Assembly: GCA_964632485.1 (NCBI GenBank)
Contig: CAZWDO010000022.1
Coordinates: 1 to 64,000 of the forward strand
DNA: 64,000 nt
Origin: an uncultured bacterium
GTDB taxonomy: Bacteria > JAGOEH01
Direction: 5' to 3'
Of the stretch, positions 9,021-17,611 are shown in pieces. The notes under the pieces were generated by a model. That model was not told the origin of the DNA and ran no database searches. It saw only the letters and a program-made list of their open reading frames with translations. Numbering within the stretch: the first letter of the stretch is position 1; every line of letters begins with the position of its first letter. The translations under genes and the position numbers were made by a program.

Positions 9021-10676
9021 TTAATGAATAATGGCGCGCGGAATTGTGATAATCGGGCGTTCGTTGCGTAATAATGAAAAAAAGTAGGTTCCCGAGGGGA
9101 TTGACCCACACGGCTGAAAAAAGTGAATCCGGCCGGATTCGTCCGGTTGAGCGATGATTTGCATGATCTCCCGGGCCAACAGATCCCTCAGAGTTATTCG
9201 TACCGGCTGTTGAGTGGCGATTCGGCAATGGATGGTAGCCCCGTCGCTGATGGGATTGGGCCATACTTCAAAGTGAGGCATGGGCTCATCCAGGGTCCCG
9301 CGCGGCTGTTCATCGGTCTCAGTTGAGGTTGGGAATTGATGGTTTTTCAGGTCATAGCTTTCGCCATGTCCCAGCCAATGCAACATTCCGTCGATGATGG
9401 CGGGCTGTTTTTTTGCATCGATACCCAGATAGCGGGCGGAATTGTTTTCCAGTATCCATACCAGTCCACCGGCTGTCAATATACCTTCTTCATTGACGGT
9501 AATGGAGCTGTTGTCATCGAGATAAATGGTTGAAAACCAGGAATGAGTGGCCAATCCATACTGGCCGCCCATGATGCGGTTGGCGATATAATCGCTGTGG
9601 TTGAATAATTTTGGAATGATAATAGCGCGGGGAATCTGCCCGCTGCCATCGGCTTGCGTCAGGCGCCCGTAATACCAGTCCAGTTTGTTTGCCGTTAAAT
9701 TTGGAATTGTAATTGTACCGGCAGTAGCTGTATTCTCGTCGTTTCCGTTCAGCGTGACCGATTGATAGGATACCGGTTCGGGAACGGGGCCCGGTTCGTT
9801 GACATAAGCGGGTTTTTGCAAGAGCGTTCGGTTGGCCAGATCATAAACGCAACCGGCAATCATTTGGGTAAAATGGATATCGGTAAAGGTTAGCGGCTGA
9901 TTGGCCTGACATTCAATCAGCGACGCGGCGGTCGGGTAGAGGATGGTGACGGTGGTGTTGCCATAGACCGTGCCGATAAGATTGCTATCGACGCAGAAAG
10001 CGGTATAGGCATCGACCCCGATCCCCATGATGTTGTCCTCATTAAAATCCACAATTCGGCGGGCGAGCATAGGGACTAAGCGGCCGAGCCGTCCTCGTTC
10101 CTGGAAATGCGAATCGGTGATGACGTTAGTGAGCAGTGGGAGAAATGTGTCATTGAAGGTGAGGCGATAATGGTAGGGATTCCAGGCCGCGTCTTTGGGA
10201 CCCAGACTGCCGCTGCGGGCGTCAAAATCAACCGATCCCAGTACGGCAAGTCCGGCGCTGGTGCCGCCGATGGCTCCTCCGCGAGCGAATATTTCCATGA
10301 TGGCCTGTTCGACCAGGGTTCCCTGCCAGTTAGTAAAATAAACATATTGATCGCCGCCCTCGATAAAAATGCCGTTGGCGGTTAACAACTCCTGATAGAC
10401 GGCCGAATCGTTAGCCTGGCTCCGCGCGCTGATTTGCAGTTCATGGCTGTTGCTATCAGCGCCCAGCCATTTGAAATATGCCGGATACCAATCGCTGGCC
10501 TCACTGACGTCGATATTGATAATAATACCGCTATCGGCCTGGCGGACAAACCAGCCATAGGGTTGATCCGACCATTTATTATAGTTTTCAGAGCCGCCGC
10601 CGACCAACAACAGTGAACCGCGCCCATAACAGATTGCCGGTATTAGAAGTATGAGAAACCAGATATAACGGTGCAT
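9021..10676 (-). CDS. Secreted cyanophycinase-like serine peptidase (family S51) with a C-terminal T9SS-type sorting domain
   Basis: Signal peptide, LLLVGGG, GGDQ, GGTSAG nucleophile, DSHFQERGRLGRL; C-terminal VWPNP...SGTYFF. Confidence 0.85.
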   Translation of the reverse strand: MHRYIWFLILLIPAICYGRGSLLLVGGGSENYNKWSDQPYGWFVRQADSGIIINIDVSEASDWYPAYFKWLGADSNSHELQISARSQANDSAVYQELLTANGIFIEGGDQYVYFTNWQGTLVEQAIMEIFARGGAIGGTSAGLAVLGSVDFDARSGSLGPKDAAWNPYHYRLTFNDTFLPLLTNVITDSHFQERGRLGRLVPMLARRIVDFNEDNIMGIGVDAYTAFCVDSNLIGTVYGNTTVTILYPTAASLIECQANQPLTFTDIHFTQMIAGCVYDLANRTLLQKPAYVNEPGPVPEPVSYQSVTLNGNDENTATAGTITIPNLTANKLDWYYGRLTQADGSGQIPRAIIIPKLFNHSDYIANRIMGGQYGLATHSWFSTIYLDDNSSITVNEEGILTAGGLVWILENNSARYLGIDAKKQPAIIDGMLHWLGHGESYDLKNHQFPTSTETDEQPRGTLDEPMPHFEVWPNPISDGATIHCRIATQQPVRITLRDLLAREIMQIIAQPDESGRIHFFQPCGSIPSGTYFFSLLRNERPIITIPRAIIH

Positions 10677-10741
10677 GGCTGACTACTTTCGTTGTGCGTT
10701 AAACATTTCGCCATTCCAACGCCCTTTTTTCCCTCGCCCCT

Positions 10742-10915
10742 GTCATTCTCGCCTGCCTGTCGGCAGACAGTCGCAAGCAGGAAACCACGGGACAGATGGA
10801 TGCCGCGTCCAGAGCGGAGTGACGGCGGTAGCGGTTACCCATGGACTCCGGGTCGAAGCGCGGAGTGACGGAGGTAGCGGTTACCCATGGACTCCGGGTC
10901 GAAGCCCGGAGTGAC
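10742..10915. repeat. REP-like palindrome cluster B, including a 46-bp tandem unit
   Basis: Forward GTCATTCTCGC... unit at 10742. Inverted units ending GGAGTGAC at 10797, 10842 and 10888; CGGAGTGACG recurs at 10815, 10861 and 10907. Confidence 0.88.
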
Positions 10916-10937
10916 GGCGGAGGACAAATCACACAGA

Positions 10938-11942
10938 TCAAAAAATGAACGTAAAAGAGAGAGTATGCGCCGAACCGAGATCGCCAAATTGAGAAAACGC
11001 ATAATCGAGACGGCTGGTGGTACTCATTACTTTCAAAATTGCGCCGGCGCCGAGAGTGAAACTGTCTTCATCATAATTGATTTTATAGCCGCCACGCAAC
11101 ATATAGGATTCCATAAAAGCATACTCAGCGCCTAAACCGATGCGGGATCGGTTATCATTCGGATCATCGGCGCTGATCGATGTCGTGAATCGATGTGTTT
11201 CATCTCGCCAGGGATCGAAGGCAATGCCGACACGGAAAATCTGCGGCAATGAGTATTCTTCCGACAGACGTTCTTTTCGGGGATTATTGGCCTGGGAGGT
11301 ATCGGCCAGTTCAGTCGCCAGTTTTTCATCGATTTCATCGCCGCCCATCTTCAGATTTCCGCCGAAATTGGCGATGATCATACCGATGCGCAGGTTGTGG
11401 AAATCGGTGCGGTAAAGGGAGGCAAAATCAAAAGCCATGGAAGAGGTGTTGAGTTCCCAGATATACTCATACACATATTTGGCGGTTATACCGAAACTGA
11501 AACGATCGGTCAGGGCGCGCGAATAGGAAAGATTGATCGCCAGATCACCGGCGCCGAATTGCTCGCCGGTACCGGTGGGTTGGTATTCGGTGGTGATATC
11601 CATTTTATCCATTTGAAAAGAGGTCACGGCCAGTCCAAAGGCGCCGATTTTCGATACCGGATGCGCCACGCCGAAATAAAGCAGACGCGTATCGGCCAGC
11701 CAGTTCGCATGGCTGAAAATCAGTTCGGTGTTTTCGATCAGACTGAGCGCGGCCTGGTTCCAATAAAGTCCCTCTACGCCGCGGGCCATGGCGACATAGG
11801 AATTGCCCAGGGCCGCGCCCCGCGCTTCAACCGGGATTTGCAGAAAATTAGCGCCCGCGCTGCCGGTGTTGCGAAAGGAACCTGCATCCAGCGTACTCAG
11901 TCCCCACAATATCAGAAAGATAATCGAGGTTATTCTATTCAT
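10938..11942 (-). CDS. PorV/PorQ-family outer-membrane beta-barrel
   Basis: GANFLQIPVEARGAALG...YWNQAAL N-terminal signature, alternating barrel strands and a terminal Phe. Confidence 0.85.
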   Translation of the reverse strand: MNRITSIIFLILWGLSTLDAGSFRNTGSAGANFLQIPVEARGAALGNSYVAMARGVEGLYWNQAALSLIENTELIFSHANWLADTRLLYFGVAHPVSKIGAFGLAVTSFQMDKMDITTEYQPTGTGEQFGAGDLAINLSYSRALTDRFSFGITAKYVYEYIWELNTSSMAFDFASLYRTDFHNLRIGMIIANFGGNLKMGGDEIDEKLATELADTSQANNPRKERLSEEYSLPQIFRVGIAFDPWRDETHRFTTSISADDPNDNRSRIGLGAEYAFMESYMLRGGYKINYDEDSFTLGAGAILKVMSTTSRLDYAFSQFGDLGSAHTLSFTFIF

Positions 11943-11963
11943 AATTGTTACTCCTTGCCTGCC

Positions 11964-13841
11964 TTAGCGGATAATGGCGAACTTGCCGACTTTATCGCCC
12001 TGAGAGGATGAAACGTGGTAAAAGTAGATGCCGGTGCTCACCATCTGATTATATTCCGAACGGATATCCCAATACTCGATGCCGGTTCCGTTATTGTGAT
12101 GAATGGTTCGCACCAGATCGCCATCGACGGTGTAGATTTTAATGGCGCATACGGAGGGCAGGTTGCGAAATGAAAGCTCGCGGATTGGTTCGCCGTCGCT
12201 AATGCCCCCCAGGCGGGCCCGTTCCCATTTGGCCGAGATCAGATAGGGATTGGGAACGACTTGAATCTGAGAAAGATCGGTCATGGCATCACTGGCCGGC
12301 CGCAACTCCACGGTGTTGAGACTATCTTTCAACAGGGATTTGCCGGATTCATCGCCCAGGCTGTCATAGGCGGTCACGGAATAGGAATAGTAAAAACTGT
12401 TGAGGACGCTATGATCGGTCCAGGTATAGGCATTCTCCTGATAAGCATCGGCTTCGCTATACTGGCGGGCCACCGAGTCGATTTTGGTCCACAGAACGCG
12501 ATTGGGATCTTCGGTACGATAGACGTAATAGCCTTGCAGGGTATTGCGGTTGGAAAGCACATCCAGATATTCGCGGTCCAACTGGTTGCTCCAATTTAAT
12601 AGGCACTGATTATTGGTGACGCTGCCGACAATCGTGGGTACTGGTACCGATTTCACGCGCCAGTTACCTCTATAAACTTCCCAGATGCGATCGACGTTTT
12701 CGCTGATTTCATTATAGTCCTGGCCGGCCACCAAAGCGACAATAAAGACCAGGCTGTCGCCGGGCGCCAGGGTGTAGGGCCCGGAAGAGGTGAAGGAGAC
12801 CAGTATGGCGCCGGTATCGGGAATCAGCGAAGGATCATCGTAATGCAGGTCCTCTCCGTGGAACAACAGGGGCCATTTGGCGCTGTCGGCCCGCAGGACG
12901 GGGCTGCTGCTGATATAGTTGTATTGCGCGGTGTCATAGGAGATGACACTCGGTTCACTGTAATTGTCCGTATAATGGAAGTCGGTGATACCTTTGCGCG
13001 CGCCGTCGATTTCCGGGGTTTCCAGCATCACGATGCCCACATGAAAGGGCAATCCGCTCCACTGGTCGGAATAGTTGTCGGAATCGTAGAAATAGACGAA
13101 CTGACGCTCGCGGTCGAAGCCCAGTTTGTCGTCGGCGTATTCATTGCCCGATTCAAAACCGCCGGCGTCGAAGTCGGTGTACATCGAGTAATAGAGACTG
13201 TCCAGAGTTTTGTCGCCCATATTGACCAGTTTATGGCGAAAGACAATATAATCTTCATCCAGGGCGGTGTTCCAGGCATAGCTGGTCTGATGCACCTGAA
13301 TATTCAGGTAATCATTGGGATTGCGCAGGCCTTTATAGTTGGTGGCATCGCGAAACACCGCGTAGGAATCCTGCTGGGAAATGATGAGATGATTGCCATC
13401 GCTGTCCTGTACCGGCCAGTAGGCGTTGCCCTGACCGTCCAGCGGCCAGGTTTCCGGCTTGTTGCTGATGGGCAGCGCCCCGGCGTTCGGATTGTGATAG
13501 CCGGCGACCGGGTCCCATTCCTTGGTGCCCGAGGTGCGGGTCTGCACCACGTTGCCGGGAACGCCGATATAGATATTCATGCGGTACATCTGTTCGTGTT
13601 TGGAACCCAGCGGCCATTCGGCGGTGGGGGATACCTCGTTCCAGGAAGAATAGAACTGGCCTATGTTAGAAACGTACTGGCCCAGTTTATTGATATCCAG
13701 AGTCGTATAGGCGCGATTTTTCAGGTCCATGGCGCCCAACTCGTTGCGATTGTCCGTTTCCGGCCGCGGCCGCGCCTGGCTCAGGCTCAGGCTCAGAATC
13801 AGCAGAATCATGAGCCGGTGAATGCTTTTTTTATCGATCAT
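11964..13841 (-). CDS. Secreted hypothetical protein with an FN3-like region and a C-terminal FlgD-Ig/T9SS-like domain
   Basis: Signal peptide; C-terminal IQVVPNPY...IKIYTVDGDLVRTI...WDIRSEYNQMVSTGIYFYHV. Confidence 0.8.
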   Translation of the reverse strand: MIDKKSIHRLMILLILSLSLSQARPRPETDNRNELGAMDLKNRAYTTLDINKLGQYVSNIGQFYSSWNEVSPTAEWPLGSKHEQMYRMNIYIGVPGNVVQTRTSGTKEWDPVAGYHNPNAGALPISNKPETWPLDGQGNAYWPVQDSDGNHLIISQQDSYAVFRDATNYKGLRNPNDYLNIQVHQTSYAWNTALDEDYIVFRHKLVNMGDKTLDSLYYSMYTDFDAGGFESGNEYADDKLGFDRERQFVYFYDSDNYSDQWSGLPFHVGIVMLETPEIDGARKGITDFHYTDNYSEPSVISYDTAQYNYISSSPVLRADSAKWPLLFHGEDLHYDDPSLIPDTGAILVSFTSSGPYTLAPGDSLVFIVALVAGQDYNEISENVDRIWEVYRGNWRVKSVPVPTIVGSVTNNQCLLNWSNQLDREYLDVLSNRNTLQGYYVYRTEDPNRVLWTKIDSVARQYSEADAYQENAYTWTDHSVLNSFYYSYSVTAYDSLGDESGKSLLKDSLNTVELRPASDAMTDLSQIQVVPNPYLISAKWERARLGGISDGEPIRELSFRNLPSVCAIKIYTVDGDLVRTIHHNNGTGIEYWDIRSEYNQMVSTGIYFYHVSSSQGDKVGKFAIIR

Positions 13842-13856
13842 AGTGTTCTCCTAAAT

Positions 13857-16436
13857 TTAGAAACTCACGTTCATGCCCAGATAGATAGTACGCGGCGAAC
13901 TCCACTTGGTGGGATCGTTGATGTATTCCGGGATCAGCGGATCGGCATTGGGACCGGGATCATCCGGTTTGCCGGTGGCCGTGTAAACGAATAGCACGTT
14001 TTTACGGTTGGTCAGATTATAGATCTGAAAGTTGACGCCTATGCGCCAGCGGCCGATCTTGAAGCGTTTTTCAGCTTCCAGGTCCACCGACCAGGTCGAT
14101 GGCCGTCGCGCGTTGTTCAGATTGGGTTCATAGCGTTTGCGCGTGGGGTTGTAAGTGTAGGGCAATCCGCTGCCGTAGCGGAAGATAAATGTGTAGAATG
14201 AATTTTGGAACACTGACGGCGCCAGGTTGAAGGGGCCTTCGCCCTGGTTGAAGCTCATGCCCAGATTGGCGTTGATACTATGGCGCTGGTCAAATTCCAA
14301 TGGATAGAATTGCATAGACTGGCGGCCCTTGACGTCGTAGGCGCCTTCAAATTTTTCCTCCTGGGAGGAACTGCTGCCCTCAGCGATGGAAAAGGTATAA
14401 TTGGCTCCCAGGCTGATGAATTTCCAGTTGAAATCGCCTGAAATCTCAAATCCTTTGACGTAAGCGAAATCTTCGTTGGTGAAATAGGCGTACTGATAGG
14501 GTTCGTCGGCTTCGCGAAAATGCCAGCCCACCCCGATCAGTCCCGAGATTTTTTTACTGAATACCGTTGTTTGCAGGGTCACATTTTCATTTAAATAGGT
14601 ATGTAAACCCAGTTCATAGCTGACCGTCTTTTCCGGATCCATATCGGGATCGCCGAATAGCGGTTTGTTGACGTTCAGATTGCGACTCAGGTCTTCATAG
14701 AGAATGCGGTAATCCGGCCGCTGGAAAAAATGGCCATAAGCGAAATGGAAAACTGTCTTGTCGCTGATCGGATAGGCGATTCCGAGACGCGGGCTGATTT
14801 GCGTCTTGGCGGAGGCGTCTTTCGTAGCGCCGCTGGCAACATTATCTATATAGTTAATGTTGGGATGGTAATAATCGAAGCGCAGGCCGGCGTTAAGGAT
14901 GATCGATTCAAATTCGATCTTATCCTGGATATAGGCCGCAGCTTCGTACGGCTTTTCCTCATAATCGTTCAGATAGCGATTGGCGCCGCGCCACCAGTCG
15001 TAACTCCAGTAATACTCCAGATCATGCTGGTTGAATTCAAAACCAGCCTTGAGCAGATTGAAGCGGTCCATCTGCCAGGTCAGATCGAATTTTTCGGTGA
15101 AGGTCTGCACGGTTTCGTCGTCGTATTCCGAATTGGCGGCTTGCAGATTAAAAGGGGCTTCGGTAAGCCAGATTTTTCCGCTGGGGGTGTAAAGTGTATC
15201 GATCAAGTCGTTGTAATTGCGTTTATAATGGTATTTATAATACGACAAGCGAAATTCATAAAACAGATTGACGCTGAGAGTGTGGGTAAAACTGAGTCCC
15301 GCGAACTGACTGGCGCTTTGGCGCACGTATGAGCTGTCCGGGATATATTTGTTGGCGTGGACATAGTTCATCCATTCCTGGTCGTCCATCTTATAGGAGA
15401 GGCTGATTTTACCGGCGGAGAAAGGTTTAAAAAACAGTTTGCCAAAAAAAGAATTGAGATCGTTATAACCGAAAGCGTTTCCGGAGAATTTCCCGCTGGG
15501 GGTTCCATAGGGGTCCGTGGGGTCGCCGCGGTCGAGAACCCCGCTTTCATAGTAGTTATCGCGAGTGGAAATTTTGCCGGAAATTAAAAATCCGATGGAA
15601 CTTTTAGGGTAGAGCGGGCCGTTCACAAAGCCCTCGATGATTTGTTGATTGTAATTATCGCTGGCATCTTCCAAACCCAGATTGGTGCGGCGGTAGAGCA
15701 GGCGGCCGCCATAACTGGAAACATTTTCCTTGGTGACGATATTGACTACTCCGGACATGGCATTGCCGTATTCGGCGTTGAAGGTGCCGGAGATCATTTC
15801 CATCTGCTGGATCGCTTCGTTGTTGATTTCGAGGGTGTTGGAACCGAAGAGCGGGTCCTCAAGACGATGGCCGTCGATCAAATAGGCCACTTCTCCCGTG
15901 CGTCCCCCGCGAACGTGGACTCCGCCGCTGTTGACTACGCCGGCCTGGAGATTAATAATTTCGTTCAGGGAATTGACCGGCATATTATCGATTTTGTCGG
16001 CGGAAACATTGCGTTTTGTGGACGTTACGTCTTTTTCGACTTTGGGCTGTTCCGCTTCAATGACAATCACATCGGCAATCTGCAGCGTGGTCTCGGAAAG
16101 TTTGAAATTTAACGGGGTGGTCTGATCCACCCGGACAAAAACATTGGTCTGCTTCAACGCCGAATAACCCATGGAAGTTGCCCGGAGCGTGTAGGTTCCC
16201 GGAGAAATGTTGATGATTTGATAGTAGCCATCCATATCACTGGTACTACCTTGTTTTTCGGACATATCGACTTCAATATCATCGAACCAGATCGATTCGA
16301 TATAGACATTGACACCCGGCAGGGGTTCACCCGTTGCTTGATCGGTGACTCGGCCGGCAATCTTGCCGGTCGTTCCTGCCCACAGTGTGAAAGACAAGCA
16401 AACGAGCGAGAGTAGAGCGGATAAAATTACTCTCAT
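13857..16436 (-). CDS. TonB-dependent receptor with an N-terminal carboxypeptidase-regulatory-like domain
   Basis: GTTGKIAGRVTD..TGEPLPG, plug HVRGGR, GTFNAEYGNAMSGVVNIVTK, SPRLG, terminal ...GMNVSF. Confidence 0.92.
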   Translation of the reverse strand: MRVILSALLSLVCLSFTLWAGTTGKIAGRVTDQATGEPLPGVNVYIESIWFDDIEVDMSEKQGSTSDMDGYYQIINISPGTYTLRATSMGYSALKQTNVFVRVDQTTPLNFKLSETTLQIADVIVIEAEQPKVEKDVTSTKRNVSADKIDNMPVNSLNEIINLQAGVVNSGGVHVRGGRTGEVAYLIDGHRLEDPLFGSNTLEINNEAIQQMEMISGTFNAEYGNAMSGVVNIVTKENVSSYGGRLLYRRTNLGLEDASDNYNQQIIEGFVNGPLYPKSSIGFLISGKISTRDNYYESGVLDRGDPTDPYGTPSGKFSGNAFGYNDLNSFFGKLFFKPFSAGKISLSYKMDDQEWMNYVHANKYIPDSSYVRQSASQFAGLSFTHTLSVNLFYEFRLSYYKYHYKRNYNDLIDTLYTPSGKIWLTEAPFNLQAANSEYDDETVQTFTEKFDLTWQMDRFNLLKAGFEFNQHDLEYYWSYDWWRGANRYLNDYEEKPYEAAAYIQDKIEFESIILNAGLRFDYYHPNINYIDNVASGATKDASAKTQISPRLGIAYPISDKTVFHFAYGHFFQRPDYRILYEDLSRNLNVNKPLFGDPDMDPEKTVSYELGLHTYLNENVTLQTTVFSKKISGLIGVGWHFREADEPYQYAYFTNEDFAYVKGFEISGDFNWKFISLGANYTFSIAEGSSSSQEEKFEGAYDVKGRQSMQFYPLEFDQRHSINANLGMSFNQGEGPFNLAPSVFQNSFYTFIFRYGSGLPYTYNPTRKRYEPNLNNARRPSTWSVDLEAEKRFKIGRWRIGVNFQIYNLTNRKNVLFVYTATGKPDDPGPNADPLIPEYINDPTKWSSPRTIYLGMNVSF

Positions 16437-17311
16437 AGTGCCTCCTGTGGCGTTTGATTAGGGTTGTTGGGTATGATCGACGGTTGACCCGACAATTCGC
16501 GGATCTTTTGCATAATCGTTAGACTTTTGCTTTCGTTGCGACGCGCGCATTCAGTTGTTAATGAATTGATAATAACGGAAATGGCGGCCATGGAATTCGT
16601 GTATAACATGTTGGCGCTTTCAATAAATAATGACTCCAGCGCAAAACTGCATATCGGGGCGATTTTATGGTCCGTTATCGCTATTACCTTGATGGATTGA
16701 CGGGAGGCCTCTTCGGCTAATATCAGGGTCTCCGGCGAGTAAGGCGGAAAAGAAAAGCAGATTAAACAATCTTTGGGTTGTGTATATAATAATTGCTCCA
16801 GGAAGGTTGTGGTTCCCTGCCGAAAATACTGCGCCGCAATGCCGATTTGATGGAGCTGATAGGATAATAGCTGCGATAATAAGTATGAAAGTCCCAATCC
16901 GGCGGTATTCACTCGTTGGCTGGTCAGAATAATCTCGACAATCATTGAAAACTTAGCTCGACTATTCATCTGAATGGTCTGGTTAATGTTTTGGATCTCC
17001 TGATTGGCGATGGCCGTCATGACATCATCCTGGATATTATTGTTCAATGGAAAACTATAGGGTTTGGCGATTTCACTTTGCAATGAGGCTGTTATTTCTG
17101 CCCGGAATCCACTGAACCCGTCATATCCCAGCAGCTTTGCGAAACGCACAATCGATGCCAGGCTTGTATTCGTCTGCGCGGCGATATCTTCGATTGTCAT
17201 CAGCGCGACATTGTGGGTGTTGTTAATCATAAAATCGGCAATGCGACGCTGGGTCAAGCTGAAATGATTGTAGGCGCGGTAAATTTTTTCTTTGACTTGA
17301 TGGGGTTTCAT
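16433..17311 (-). CDS. MurR/RpiR-family transcriptional regulator (HTH + SIS)
   Basis: TSLASIVRFAKLLGYDGF HTH; SIS motifs SFPPYS and AITD...PI. Its stop overlaps the receptor start (ATGA). ATG at 17311 has an AAAGGA RBS. Confidence 0.9.
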   Translation of the reverse strand: MKPHQVKEKIYRAYNHFSLTQRRIADFMINNTHNVALMTIEDIAAQTNTSLASIVRFAKLLGYDGFSGFRAEITASLQSEIAKPYSFPLNNNIQDDVMTAIANQEIQNINQTIQMNSRAKFSMIVEIILTSQRVNTAGLGLSYLLSQLLSYQLHQIGIAAQYFRQGTTTFLEQLLYTQPKDCLICFSFPPYSPETLILAEEASRQSIKVIAITDHKIAPICSFALESLFIESANMLYTNSMAAISVIINSLTTECARRNESKSLTIMQKIRELSGQPSIIPNNPNQTPQEAL

Positions 17312-17363
17312 CTGGCGTCCTTTGTCAAAATACATGGAAAAAAATAATCAATAAAAATAATTT

Positions 17364-17415
17364 ATGAAAATTATTTTTCATTTTGCATAATAGGTTATTT
17401 TAATCTGCTTGTCAA
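17364..17415 (-). promoter_or_regulatory. Promoter plus palindromic operator for the rpiR-TBDR locus
   Basis: TTGACA(17410-15)-N17-TATTAT(17387-92), then near-palindrome ATGAAAAATAATTTTCAT (17364-81) over the expected transcription start. Confidence 0.7.
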
Positions 17416-17505
17416 GTGAAAAATTTAAAAAAAATATCTTTAATGAATTTTTATTTATGCTTTAGATACTTTACGTGATGGATAGGTTGTGATTATTAAT
17501 ATAAT

Positions 17506-17530
17506 TGAAAAACTCAGCGCGCGCTGAGTT
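17506..17530 (-). terminator. Intrinsic terminator after the GGDEF gene
   Basis: Perfect 20-bp palindrome AACTCAGCGCGCGCTGAGTT (17511-30) running into a T-tract on the minus strand. Confidence 0.65.
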
Positions 17531-17611
17531 GAAATGATACAGAGGGAAGGCGCGCTTCAAGGGTATGGTATCTATCAGTAGCTTTGGATTTCAGACAGGG
17601 AATGCTGATGG

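Noticed and set aside
9010-9264. N-terminal extensions of ORF-track calls (nhaC to 9264, sensor to 21254, cheR to 57507, MCP to 51866)
   Set aside because: They overlap upstream genes; internal ATGs with an RBS or translational coupling fit better.
10675-10941. ORFs over cluster B, and the 46-bp tandem unit as a possible CRISPR array
   Set aside because: The intervening sequences are near-identical rather than unique spacers, there are only about 2.3 units, and no cas genes are present.
12843-13994. 383-aa plus-strand ORF (also 27409-28269, 38611-39351 and similar)
   Set aside because: These are antisense shadows of well-supported genes, with no recognisable motifs.
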